This document shows, piece after piece, positions 47,894 to 57,305 of a DNA stretch of 64,000 nucleotides. Origin of the DNA: an uncultured Bacilli bacterium. Its GTDB lineage: Bacteria > Bacillota_I > Bacilli_A > RF39 > UBA660. How positions within the stretch are numbered: the stretch's first letter is position 1; each line of letters begins with the position of its first letter. A model generated the notes under the pieces. That model had not been told where the DNA came from, did not search any database, and saw nothing but the letters and a program-made list of their open reading frames with translations. Position numbers and translations under genes: made by a program. The stretch spans positions 201,428 through 265,427 of the forward strand of contig CAKPMY010000001.1 in NCBI GenBank assembly GCA_934168245.1, in the 5' to 3' direction.

Positions 47894-48481
47894 TTATACA
47901 ATCGTTATATCTTCCTGACTAACAGGCACTGTAGTAGTACTAGCAGAACTAACAGCAGTAACTCCGGTAGTAACCGGATTACTAGCAACAGGACTCACAG
48001 TACTTGCTACAGTTCCATCACCAGTAATAGAAGCCATCTTTTCACTACTACCAATAACATTCATATCTGAAGAAACAAGTGCAACTTCATCTGGATTAAT
48101 CATAACTGGAGCCTTTTCTACCACAGTATCCTCTAAAACTTCAGTATCCGGAGCAACCTCACTACTCTCAACACTAACTTCTTCACCTGCATCATTTGCA
48201 TATATATCTTGATTAGCCAATACACTAGTAACATTAGTAATTGTCTGTGACCCAGTATCAGCCTCATCTGCAAACGACACTTCTATATTTTTATTAGTCC
48301 CAGTTGAATCAACAAGCACAACTTTTGACTCCATTTCCTTCTCTAATAATTTTTTCTCACTTAAACTTACTTTCTTAAAAAAATAGATGCAGAAACAAAT
48401 CAAAATAAAGCACACTAAAGAAACAGCAAAATATGTAGTGCCTGATAAAGTATCTCTAAAAAATATTAACACGTATCTCAA
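47894..48481 (-). CDS. Membrane protein with a S/T/V-rich C-terminal region, hypothetical
   Basis: One TM helix. Probable TTG start at 48481 after GGTGGGGTGG. The upstream extension to 48520 lacks an RBS. Confidence 0.35.
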   Translation of the reverse strand: MRYVLIFFRDTLSGTTYFAVSLVCFILICFCIYFFKKVSLSEKKLLEKEMESKVVLVDSTGTNKNIEVSFADEADTGSQTITNVTSVLANQDIYANDAGEEVSVESSEVAPDTEVLEDTVVEKAPVMINPDEVALVSSDMNVIGSSEKMASITGDGTVASTVSPVASNPVTTGVTAVSSASTTTVPVSQEDITIV

Positions 48482-48610
48482 TTTGCCACCCCACCTTATA
48501 ATATATAATATCATTTTCAAAACTAATTAGCAACTAAACTACCAAAAAAATTAAAATTCCAAACAAAAAAATAAGAGTTACTGCCTCTTACTTTATCACA
48601 TATATTTCTA

Positions 48611-48814
48611 CTATTTAACCATTTCCATATGACTAAATAGAATCCATATATTAAATAAACCAGCAACTCCTACTAGTGCATAAATAATATTAGTTAATAA
48701 ACTACCATTTCCAAATATAGTAGTAACTAAATTGAAGTTCAAAATACCAACAAATCCCCAATTAATTGCTCCAACGATAGTAAGAACTAATAAAATCTTT
48801 TGTACAGTTTCCAT
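48611..48814 (-). CDS. DUF378 membrane protein
   Basis: 67 aa. GAINWGFVG signature and two TM helices. Confidence 0.8.
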   Translation of the reverse strand: METVQKILLVLTIVGAINWGFVGILNFNLVTTIFGNGSLLTNIIYALVGVAGLFNIWILFSHMEMVK

Positions 48815-48869
48815 ATTTTCCCTCCTATTTATAGCATTAACAAAAAAGAAAAAATATATACAAGAAACT

Positions 48870-49838
48870 TTAGTTTATTCTTCTAATACCAATAATTTGT
48901 GTACCAGATGATCTTAACCAATATTCTACACCACTAATTATAACTCCCATCGAAGGATTAGCCGCATGTATCATCTTACCATTTCCAACATAAAGTGCCG
49001 AATGTGTAGAAGTTCCATCGCTATATCCCCAATTAATAATATCACCAGGCAACATATCATTATAACTAACTGCAACACCATCATATAATTGTGTACTACT
49101 ACTTCTACTAACATAAATACCTAATCTACTATAAACATATTGAATAAAACCACTACAGTCAAATCCATATGGACCATTACCACCCATAACATAAGGACTA
49201 CCTACTAAAGAATAAGCAATACTAGAAACAGTATCTCCTACACTTCTCTTATTAACAATAATTTTAAAAGACTTAGTAGCCTCATTTCCATTTTTATCAA
49301 CGGCATTAATATTAACAGAATATTCACCAGGCACATTATAATTAAAATCCGTATAATAGGTATAATAATTGTAACTATCCTTACTTAACTCACTAGAGAT
49401 AACATAACCAATATCACCATCAATATTATCATATACCTTACTAATATTATCTAATACATTATAACTAGTCCCTTGTTCTATTTCAATTATCTCATTTTCT
49501 ATTACTATCTCTGGCGCAACACTATCTTTTACCTCAATTGAAACAGGTATTTCCTTAGAAATATTTCCCTTAGAAACAACAAGTATTAATTCCTGTACTC
49601 CGACAGAATCAGTTGCTATATCTTGTTTTACTGAAACAATCGTCCCATCGACATTATTAATAAGTTTACTAAGATCATAATTAGCACTACCATACTCAAC
49701 TACTGGCATTTTAACAGTACTAATATTTATACTATCATATACCTCTCTATAACAAAGTGTATATATACAAAGAGACACCATAATTAAAGCAACAATAACA
49801 GTAATAAAGTATCTCCACGACTCTCCAATACTTTTCAT
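48870..49838 (-). CDS. NlpC/P60 cell-wall hydrolase with N-terminal Ig-like domains
   Basis: TM/signal anchor. Two Ig-like (DUF5011-like) modules. C-terminal GFDCSGFIQYVY ... H (Cys-His NlpC/P60 core). Confidence 0.85.
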   Translation of the reverse strand: MKSIGESWRYFITVIVALIMVSLCIYTLCYREVYDSINISTVKMPVVEYGSANYDLSKLINNVDGTIVSVKQDIATDSVGVQELILVVSKGNISKEIPVSIEVKDSVAPEIVIENEIIEIEQGTSYNVLDNISKVYDNIDGDIGYVISSELSKDSYNYYTYYTDFNYNVPGEYSVNINAVDKNGNEATKSFKIIVNKRSVGDTVSSIAYSLVGSPYVMGGNGPYGFDCSGFIQYVYSRLGIYVSRSSSTQLYDGVAVSYNDMLPGDIINWGYSDGTSTHSALYVGNGKMIHAANPSMGVIISGVEYWLRSSGTQIIGIRRIN

Positions 49839-49892
49839 AATACTCCCCCTGAGTACCGCATATTATAACATTTTCTTAACTAAAAGTCAAAA

Positions 49893-50207
49893 TTAGCCAA
49901 CCATATCACCATATTCAGTATCAAGCATTTGTTGTTTTTCACTAATCTTAGCCTCATCAACAGCCTCTAGACAATACCATCCTTTTCTAAACATTAATTC
50001 ATAAACTTCTCTTTGCAAACCTGCAATTCTTAAAAATACTTCTTTATGTATTTGAAATAATTTCTCACTACTAGCCTCACTCATCGCAATAACATAATTC
50101 TTCTCCATCTCTTTTAAAGTAGATAATAAAGAATTAATATAATCCTTATCATTCAAACTCATACCCTTAGGAACTTCTACTTTCACATTACAAATCTTAT
50201 TATTCAT
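49893..50207 (-). CDS. Coat F-domain spore coat protein
   Basis: LNDKDYINSLLSTLKEMEKNYVIAMSEASSEKL...REVYELMFRKGWY is typical of the Coat_F fold. Confidence 0.7.
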   Translation of the reverse strand: MNNKICNVKVEVPKGMSLNDKDYINSLLSTLKEMEKNYVIAMSEASSEKLFQIHKEVFLRIAGLQREVYELMFRKGWYCLEAVDEAKISEKQQMLDTEYGDMVG

Positions 50208-50427
50208 ATGAAATACCTCCTAAAATATCTAATACTACATTCAAATTATCATCAAACAATTCTCCAGCCCTTCGCATAATATCAATAATCTCCTTATCAT
50301 TAACACTACTAATAGAATCATTTGTACACTTTAAAGCCCCATAATTCCACTGAAACATATCACATAAATAATCTAAGTCTTTACCAGTTAAAATATCATT
50401 AGGAACTTCTGCATATTTATTATTCAT
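50200..50427 (-). CDS. Small protein co-transcribed with the CotF-like gene
   Basis: The start is ATG 50427, preceded by AAAGGAG. Overlaps the downstream start by 8 nt. Confidence 0.45.
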   Translation of the reverse strand: MNNKYAEVPNDILTGKDLDYLCDMFQWNYGALKCTNDSISSVNDKEIIDIMRRAGELFDDNLNVVLDILGGISYE

Positions 50428-50562
50428 AATAATTTCTCCTTTCCTTAATATCTTGTACAAAAAAAGAAACTTTAAACAAAAAAAGAACCAAATTAGACTA
50501 ATATAATAAAAATAGACAGTTCTCTTAAAAACTGTCCATTTCTAACTAATCTAAATTGACTC

Positions 50563-51114
50563 TTACTTTTCCAACATCTTTGCTATTTCTTTAACATTCT
50601 TCTTAAAAATAATAGTATCAACTATATTAGATAATGAATAAATCATTATCAAGAAGCCTAAAGAAGCAGTAAGTGCCACAGTACCAACTTGTGGATTAAT
50701 TATAATAATCAAACCACATATAATAGAAATCACTGCAAATATAAGTATAGGTAACCAATTATTATAATTATACCCTTTAAGTACCAAAGCCATTCTAAAA
50801 TCAAATGTTGATTTAGTAACCATAACTATACCAGCAACTATAGGAAATAATGTCTTCACTATATCAGGATTTAATAACATAACTACACCAAGTAATAAAT
50901 CTATAATACCAAGTGTTAAAAATCCTGAAAAGAATAAACTACCTTCTTTTTCAATCATAAAATAAATACCATTAACTATCAATATAATAGAAAGAATATA
51001 AGTAATAGTTTCAAAAGACACTTCTGGAAACATAAGAAATATCATTCCTATTAAAAACATAAGTACCGATATCGCAATAGATGAATATAAAAACTTATTT
51101 AATCTTTTAAGCAT
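50563..51114 (-). CDS. HdeD/DUF308-family membrane protein
   Basis: Six TM helices in three repeated pairs, 183 aa. Confidence 0.65.
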   Translation of the reverse strand: MLKRLNKFLYSSIAISVLMFLIGMIFLMFPEVSFETITYILSIILIVNGIYFMIEKEGSLFFSGFLTLGIIDLLLGVVMLLNPDIVKTLFPIVAGIVMVTKSTFDFRMALVLKGYNYNNWLPILIFAVISIICGLIIIINPQVGTVALTASLGFLIMIYSLSNIVDTIIFKKNVKEIAKMLEK

Positions 51115-51299
51115 AATCTATACCTCCTAACATAATTATATAATTTCCTAAAACTCTAGTAAATATACAAAACTAATTATCCAACACCATATAAAAATTG
51201 GTTGTTTTTTTATAATCAACAACCAATTAATTTTTATTTTATCTAAATATTAATTAAATTACATATTTAAGCACATTAGTACATTTATTAAAATTTAAC

Positions 51300-52532
51300 C
51301 TACTTACTTTTCTTATAAATTGGAAACTTTTTAGTCAATTCAAGTACTTTTTCTCTACATTCTTTTTGAATTTTTTTATCATCTATATTACTTAAACTCT
51401 TATAAATAATTTCTCCAATCAACTTAAATTCTTTTTCTTTTAAACCTCTAGTAGTCATAGCCGGACTTCCAATTCTAATTCCACTAGTAATAAATGGAGA
51501 TTCTGTATCAAAAGGTATTGTATTTTTATTACAAGTAATATTGATTTCATCTAGTACTTTTTCAGCCATCTTACCAGTTAATCCAAATGAGTTTTTAACA
51601 TCAACTAATATTAAATGATTATCTGTTCCATTTGAAACTATTCTAACTCCCTTACTCATCAAGTAATCTGCCATAGCCTGCATATTTTTAACTATTTGTT
51701 TTTGATATTCCTTAAATTCCGGTTGCAAAGCCTCATAAAAGCATTGTGCCTTACCAGCAATAACATGCATCAAAGGACCACCTTGAATACCAGGGAAAAT
51801 TACTTTATTTATTTTTTTAATTAATTCTTCATTATTAGTTAAAATTACTCCCCCTCTAGGACCTCTTAAAGTCTTATGAGTAGTTGAAGTAACAACATCT
51901 GCATATGGAATAGGACTAGGATGAATTCCTGCCGCAACTAATCCCGCAATATGAGCCATATCAACCATTAAATAAGCCTCACACTTATCAGCAATTTCTC
52001 TAAATCTTTTAAAATCAATTATTCTAGAATAAGCACTACATCCAGCAATAATCATCTTAGGTTTTTCTTTTAAAGCAATTCTTTCTACTTCATCATAGTC
52101 GATCATTCCTGTATCTTCTCTAACATTATAAGAAACTATCTCATAATCAAGACCACTAAAATTAATAGGATGACCATGGGTTAAATGTCCACCATGCGAC
52201 AAATTCATTCCCATTACTTTATCACCATGATTAATCAAAGCCCTGTATACGGCCATATTAGCACTACTACCAGAATGTGGTTGTACATTAGCATACTTAC
52301 AATCAAATAATTGGCATACATATTCTATAGCCTTCTTTTCAAAAATATCAATGTATTGGCAACCACCATAATATCTTTTACCAGGATATCCTTCAGCATA
52401 TTTATTAGTAAGAATACTGCCCTGTAATTTTAATATATCTTTAGAAACATAGTTTTCAGAAGCAATCAATTCAATATTTTCTTCCTGTCTCTTAGCCTCT
52501 TTTCGTAATGCTCCACTTAATATCTTATCCAT
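51300..52532 (-). CDS. glyA: Serine hydroxymethyltransferase
   Basis: [10 protein letters not shown] and the PLP-lysine motif [13 protein letters not shown] terminator hairpin lies at 51188-51228. Confidence 0.97.
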   Translation of the reverse strand: MDKILSGALRKEAKRQEENIELIASENYVSKDILKLQGSILTNKYAEGYPGKRYYGGCQYIDIFEKKAIEYVCQLFDCKYANVQPHSGSSANMAVYRALINHGDKVMGMNLSHGGHLTHGHPINFSGLDYEIVSYNVREDTGMIDYDEVERIALKEKPKMIIAGCSAYSRIIDFKRFREIADKCEAYLMVDMAHIAGLVAAGIHPSPIPYADVVTSTTHKTLRGPRGGVILTNNEELIKKINKVIFPGIQGGPLMHVIAGKAQCFYEALQPEFKEYQKQIVKNMQAMADYLMSKGVRIVSNGTDNHLILVDVKNSFGLTGKMAEKVLDEINITCNKNTIPFDTESPFITSGIRIGSPAMTTRGLKEKEFKLIGEIIYKSLSNIDDKKIQKECREKVLELTKKFPIYKKSK

Positions 52533-52774
52533 TCACTACCACCTCATATCAATTATACATTAAATACCATTATATTCAAAGATTTACTTTTTTACTTAAC
52601 AGTTATTACCAGTAATTTTTTTTATTTTAATACCAACAACACTTAATAAACTAACCTAATATTTATCGAGATACTTTTCTAAATAATCTCCTTAATACCA
52701 TCATTACTAAACACTCATAAAATATTGCTCCATCAAACAATAAATGTTATCATTATAAAGAAAGGAAATACATT

Positions 52775-53452
52775 ATGGAAATAAATAATAAATTAAAAGA
52801 ATACATCGAAAACAATATATTTCAAAGTTATGAAAAAAATGATCATGGTCACGACCTAGAACATATAAAATATGTAATAGAAAGAAGTCTAAAGTTTGCC
52901 AGTACTGTAGAAAATATAAATTATGATATGGTTTATACCATTGCTGCTTATCATGATATTGGTCATTATATAGATGCTAAAAATCATGAAAAAATATCTG
53001 CTGAAATTTTAGAAAAAGACGAAAATCTTAAAAACTTCTTTACCAATGAACAAATAAAAATCATGGCCGAAGCGGTTTATGATCATCGTTCAACTATGGA
53101 AGGTGAACCAAGAAGTATATATGGAAAGATTGTCTCTTCTGCCGACAGAAATACTACAGTAACTTCACCATTAAGGAGAACATTCTTCTATAGATTAGAA
53201 CATAATCCCGCTGATACTCTAGATGAAATAGTAGAAGAATCAAGACAACATATTCTAAATAAATTCGGGAAAAAAGGCTATGCCACTGAAAAAATATATT
53301 TTGAAGACATAGCTTATAAAAAATTTTTGGAAGATATAGTAAAAATTGCCCAAGATAAAAATAAATTTAAAGAAGAGTTCTGCAAAGTCAATGGTCTAAC
53401 TAACATTAAAGATGGTAATACACCTATTAAAAAACTAATACAAAACGACTAA
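52775..53452 (+). CDS. HD-domain phosphohydrolase (YedJ-like), copy 1
   Basis: H...HD...D metal-binding pattern: GHDLEH, AAYHDIGH, DHR, SSADR. Confidence 0.75.
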   Translation: MEINNKLKEYIENNIFQSYEKNDHGHDLEHIKYVIERSLKFASTVENINYDMVYTIAAYHDIGHYIDAKNHEKISAEILEKDENLKNFFTNEQIKIMAEAVYDHRSTMEGEPRSIYGKIVSSADRNTTVTSPLRRTFFYRLEHNPADTLDEIVEESRQHILNKFGKKGYATEKIYFEDIAYKKFLEDIVKIAQDKNKFKEEFCKVNGLTNIKDGNTPIKKLIQND

Positions 53453-53469
53453 AACGGAAGTGATACCTA

Positions 53470-54138
53470 ATGGTGCTAAATAAAGATTTAGTATTATACA
53501 TAGAGCAACATATATTTCCAAGATATGAAAAATACTACTCTCATGGCATAATACATGTAAATAATGTTATTAAAAATATGCTATTTTTATCAGATTATTA
53601 CAATCTAGATAAAAACATGGCTTACGTAGTTGCTGCATATCATGATATAGGATTAAACATTGATAGAGACAATCATGAATATGAATCTGGTAAAGTTCTA
53701 AACAGTGATAAAGAGTTAAAAAAGTTTTTTAGTGAAGAACAAATAAAAATAATGAAAGAAGCCGTAGAAGATCACAGAGGTTCAAGAAAAGAAAGACCTA
53801 GAAATTTTTATGGGGAATGTGTTTCAGACTCTGATAGAGATTTTGATATTGAACTACTTGCTAAAAGACAACTCGCAGTATCCCTAAAAAACTACCCAAA
53901 TCTTACCACCTTTGATGAACATTTCGAAAGATGTCATCAATATATTTGTCAAAGAATCAACAGTAACGGAAAATTTAATCTTTGGACTAATAATCCTATC
54001 ATGATTGAAAAAAGAGATAAGTTTCAAAAAGATTATTTGAATAAAGAATACACAAGAACAATTTATGAAAAAGAATGGAACTATATAATAACAGAAATAA
54101 CAAAGGAAAAAATAATCAATTACTATGAAGACTACTAA
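53470..54138 (+). CDS. HD-domain phosphohydrolase, copy 2 (paralog of the preceding gene)
   Basis: Collinear with copy 1 (IFPRYEKYYSHG..H, AAYHDIGL, EEQIKIMKEAVEDHR, DSDRD). Confidence 0.75.
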   Translation: MVLNKDLVLYIEQHIFPRYEKYYSHGIIHVNNVIKNMLFLSDYYNLDKNMAYVVAAYHDIGLNIDRDNHEYESGKVLNSDKELKKFFSEEQIKIMKEAVEDHRGSRKERPRNFYGECVSDSDRDFDIELLAKRQLAVSLKNYPNLTTFDEHFERCHQYICQRINSNGKFNLWTNNPIMIEKRDKFQKDYLNKEYTRTIYEKEWNYIITEITKEKIINYYEDY

Positions 54139-54203
54139 TATCCCATAACAAAAGCCAAATTAAAATTTATCGCATTGATCATCAGCCAAAATTTCTTATA
54201 AAC

Positions 54204-54239
54204 AAAAAATACACAACATTCAATATTGTGTATTTTTTT
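54204..54239. terminator. Bidirectional terminator between convergent genes
   Basis: AAATACACAA-loop-TTGTGTATTT flanked by an A-run and a T-run. Confidence 0.7.
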
Positions 54240-54276
54240 ATAATCTTGATTCAATATTTCTATTTTTGACACTCAT

Positions 54277-55479
54277 CTATTTTTCATCTGCAACTAATTT
54301 CTTAGCATGTTCATTTTTCTTCATATTATCAAGAGTAACTTTAGAAGCAAGCTCAGTTGCCTTTACCAACTCATCATAAACAAAAGTAATTTGTTCAGAA
54401 GTTACTGGAAATTTAGAACCATACGTTTCACCTGCTAAACCTTGAGTAATATTATATCTTAAATCTACTTTTTGTTTAGCATTATCTCCAGAGTAGTCTA
54501 TAAGAATATATTCGTCCCTATCATCCCTAGAACATGATGTATCAGAAAAATAATGTACTACAGTCAAATATTCTTCTGGGCCTAACATATACATTAATTG
54601 ATAAGAAAAACCTTTTGGAGTTCTATAATATCCAACTTCGCCATTACCATCATTAGACTTTATAGTCATACGACAACAATTTTTTCTATGTTGACCATAC
54701 TCCTCATCATAAACATTTGCACTAATACTTACTCTTTGTAAATACTTATCAATAGAATCTAATTCTATATCTCCATTAATATATGGATTAACAGTTCTAT
54801 CAAATTGCTCAATTATCTCTCTACAAGATTTTCCAAACGGAGCTTGTTTTTCTCTTTCAACATCATCTAAAAATCTTTCTCCACAATGTCCTGCTCCTGC
54901 CATCCAATCGTAAGTCGTAATATCAGGCTTTACTTTTTTTAACATTCCAGCAATAACAGTTCCCAATATTTCATCATATTTTTGAACTTCTGTCTCAGCC
55001 AATCCTTTTTTTCTTGCATAATAATCTTTTAATTCTGTAAAAAGAATAATAAGTCCTTCTTTTGAATCAATATGATATTCCCTAATATACTTATTATCCT
55101 CACTCCTTCCTAGCATATCTTTTTGAGACTCTATACATCTAGCCAAATATTCGTCTGCTCCTAAGTCTTGCTCTAGATGTTCCTGAATTTCTTTTTCATA
55201 TTGTTCATCAACAGCATGCTCATTTGGAATATAATCGTTACACCCACCATCTATTCTTATACCATAAGGATTATTAGGATATTTTTCATAAATAATATCA
55301 GCCACTTCTAAAGGTATTTTGCCGCAAACTACAGCATAATCAGTACCTCCGAAGTACATTGCAACATTATTCCAAAAATGTACTGCTTCACTTTCTCCAG
55401 ATCTACCAGGTATATTTAATAAATGGTTATTAACATCAAGTGCTTTTAAAGTTTCATTAAACTCTAATCGATTCATCAA
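54277..55479 (-). CDS. Orphan 400-aa cytoplasmic protein, no recognisable family
   Basis: Long ORF with GGGAGG RBS. Cys/His-containing segments (GGCNDY, AGAGHCGERF, HRKNCCRM). No TM helix or signal peptide. Confidence 0.55.
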   Translation of the reverse strand: MMNRLEFNETLKALDVNNHLLNIPGRSGESEAVHFWNNVAMYFGGTDYAVVCGKIPLEVADIIYEKYPNNPYGIRIDGGCNDYIPNEHAVDEQYEKEIQEHLEQDLGADEYLARCIESQKDMLGRSEDNKYIREYHIDSKEGLIILFTELKDYYARKKGLAETEVQKYDEILGTVIAGMLKKVKPDITTYDWMAGAGHCGERFLDDVEREKQAPFGKSCREIIEQFDRTVNPYINGDIELDSIDKYLQRVSISANVYDEEYGQHRKNCCRMTIKSNDGNGEVGYYRTPKGFSYQLMYMLGPEEYLTVVHYFSDTSCSRDDRDEYILIDYSGDNAKQKVDLRYNITQGLAGETYGSKFPVTSEQITFVYDELVKATELASKVTLDNMKKNEHAKKLVADEK

Positions 55480-55861
55480 TCAAACCTCCCTCGCTTAATT
55501 AGATATTATATCATAACTTCTAGTTTTTCAAAAAAACAATTTAACATTTGTAAATAGAAATATTAAAGCACGTGATATAACTGACGATAAGACAAAATCA
55601 TATTATGGTAAAAATTATTATTCACCAATAAAATATATGAGTTTAGTAGAAAATCAAATTATATTATATATCAACAAGCAACAGACTTAGAATCAGCAAA
55701 TAATAAACAACCATAAATACTATAGGTAGTAATAACTACTAACTAGTTAAATTATACTACATTTTTTTTACGTTTTTAAACAAAATATTATAAATTTTTA
55801 TATATTTTTAAAAAAAATTAAATACTATATGCTATAATTATAAGTGTTAAAGGAGGCTTTT

Positions 55862-56317
55862 ATGAAAAGAGAAGAAACACAAGAAGAATGGCATAAAAAT
55901 TACAAAGAAGCACAAGAAAGAGCAAAAGCAAATATTCCAAATTGGATTGAAAAAGGAGAAGCATTAATATTCCCTGAAAGATATGCAGAATGGGAAAAAT
56001 GTGTAGTTGCTCGTGCCTCAGATTTATATCATGGCTTAGAATTAGATAGTGCATTAGAAATAATGACAGCACTTGAAAATGGTGCTAGTATGGAAGAAGC
56101 AAAACAGATATTTGATAAACAAGAACATTCTGGAATGTCTGCTTCAATGGTAAGAAGTATATTATTTGCATTTTCAAGTAAAGGTCCTGAATTTTTGGAA
56201 GCAACTACTTATGGAGAAATATCTCCAGAGGATAAACAAATATTAGAGGCAAAAAAACAAGAAAATGCACAACTTATACAAGCAAACAGCCCTAAAACAA
56301 GTGGACCAAAATTATAA
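55862..56317 (+). CDS. Orphan 152-aa protein, no recognisable family
   Basis: The start is ATG 55862, preceded by AAAGGAGG and TGCTATAAT. Helical and acidic. Followed by a long GC-rich terminator. Confidence 0.5.
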   Translation: MKREETQEEWHKNYKEAQERAKANIPNWIEKGEALIFPERYAEWEKCVVARASDLYHGLELDSALEIMTALENGASMEEAKQIFDKQEHSGMSASMVRSILFAFSSKGPEFLEATTYGEISPEDKQILEAKKQENAQLIQANSPKTSGPKL

Positions 56318-56328
56318 TAATTGATTAA

Positions 56329-56388
56329 AGCCGTGGCACGTTTTGCTCGCTTTCGAGTGAAAATGGCGATAGGCTTTTTTTTATTTCT
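56329..56388 (+). terminator. Long compound hairpin plus T8 terminator
   Basis: AAAGCC...GCTCG-cttt-CGAGT...GGCTTTTTTTT. Confidence 0.6.
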
Positions 56389-56412
56389 ATTATGAAGTTT
56401 TGAAAATAAAAA

Positions 56413-56603
56413 CATAATTTTGCTTGGCTTTATGCATTGCAAAAATTATGCTTAAAAGGGATTTAAAAAGGAAATCCCCTTTTTCACACTGTTATTGGCT
56501 TTGCCAATAGCGTAGTGTGTTACTAAAATGGAATTTTAGTTTTATTATGTTCCGGGGTAGGAACATAACAAAAAAATATCCACCAGTAAAACTTGTGGTT
56601 TTT
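56413..56603. other. Cluster of six consecutive, sequence-unrelated stem-loops in non-coding DNA
   Basis: Hand-checked stems. A: 56413-56450. B: GGGATTT/AAATCCC, 56458-56478. C: ~15 bp, 56485-56519. D: ACTAAAAT/ATTTTAGT, 56522-56540. E: TTATGTTCC/GGAACATAA, 56545-56568. F: 56580-56598 plus T5. Confidence 0.7.
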
Positions 56604-57245
56604 CTATGGCGCCTATAAGGCTTATTGTTCTGGCCTTGCTTAAAAGCACTATTACAATCTGTCGCCTGCCGACTCTATCGCCTATTACCCATAAACGGAT
56701 CCATTTTATCTAAGGTCAACTGTTCATCAATGTATCTAGCAATTACTACTGCATTTTTACCAGCAGTGTCAACATAATATCCTCTACACCAAAAGGATCT
56801 ATTACGATACTTAAATTTCATATTTCCCCATTTTTGATATATCATGACACTTCTTTTTCCTTTCAAATACCCCATGAATGATGAAAGACTCAATTTAGGT
56901 GGTATCTCTACAAACATGTGAACATGGTCTGGACAAACTTCAGCAATAATAATATTTACATCTCTCCATTTGCATAATTCTCTTAGTATTCTTCCTTTTT
57001 CTAATCGTTTTTCTTCATAGAAAACTTTTCTTCTAAATTTCGGTGCAAATACAATATGATACTTACAATTCCATTTAGTATGTGATAAACAATTTATGTC
57101 ATTCAAGGAACGCACCTCTTTTGTTTTTATCTTGCTAGCGGCAAACTGCAATTTAATTATAACAAAGGAGAATTTCATTATTAAAGACCCATCGCTAAAG
57201 CTCAAAAGAACCATCGGACTATCCGATGGTTTTTTTTTACAAAAA
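56455..57245 (-). mobile_element. IS200-like insertion sequence (tnpA only); boundaries approximate
   Basis: tnpA is flanked by subterminal hairpins: ACCATCGGA-tag-TCCGATGGT at 57208-57230 on the tnpA-upstream side, and the hairpin series 56458-56603 downstream. The ends were not determined experimentally or by copy comparison. Confidence 0.4.
56675..57106 (-). CDS. tnpA: IS200/IS605-family Y1 (HUH) transposase TnpA
   Basis: LSHTKWNCKYHIVFAPKFRRKVFY, HUH motif DHVHMFV, catalytic Tyr context FWCRGYYVDTAG. Probable TTG start at 57106, 6 nt after AGAGGTG; the track extension to 57214 has no support. Confidence 0.85.
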   Translation of the reverse strand: MNDINCLSHTKWNCKYHIVFAPKFRRKVFYEEKRLEKGRILRELCKWRDVNIIIAEVCPDHVHMFVEIPPKLSLSSFMGYLKGKRSVMIYQKWGNMKFKYRNRSFWCRGYYVDTAGKNAVVIARYIDEQLTLDKMDPFMGNRR

Positions 57246-57305
57246 AACTAACTATTTCTAGTTAATATTTATCACCACTCGAAAAGTTCGAGTTTCCTAT
57301 CAATC

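Noticed and set aside
55480-55861. Short ORF fragment (...KARDITDDKTKSYYGKNYYSPIKYMSLVENQ...) in the long divergent intergenic region
   Set aside because: It is under 45 codons, bounded by stops, and has no start or RBS. It may be a gene remnant but cannot be supported.
56209-56442. 77-aa minus-strand ORF
   Set aside because: It is antisense to the 3' end of the 152-aa gene and runs through its terminator hairpin. It has no RBS and a low-complexity product.
56413-56603. Possible CRISPR array or REP/BIME repeat cluster
   Set aside because: The six palindromes have unrelated sequences and there is no repeated unit with spacers, so this is not a CRISPR. I kept it as a structured-region finding instead.
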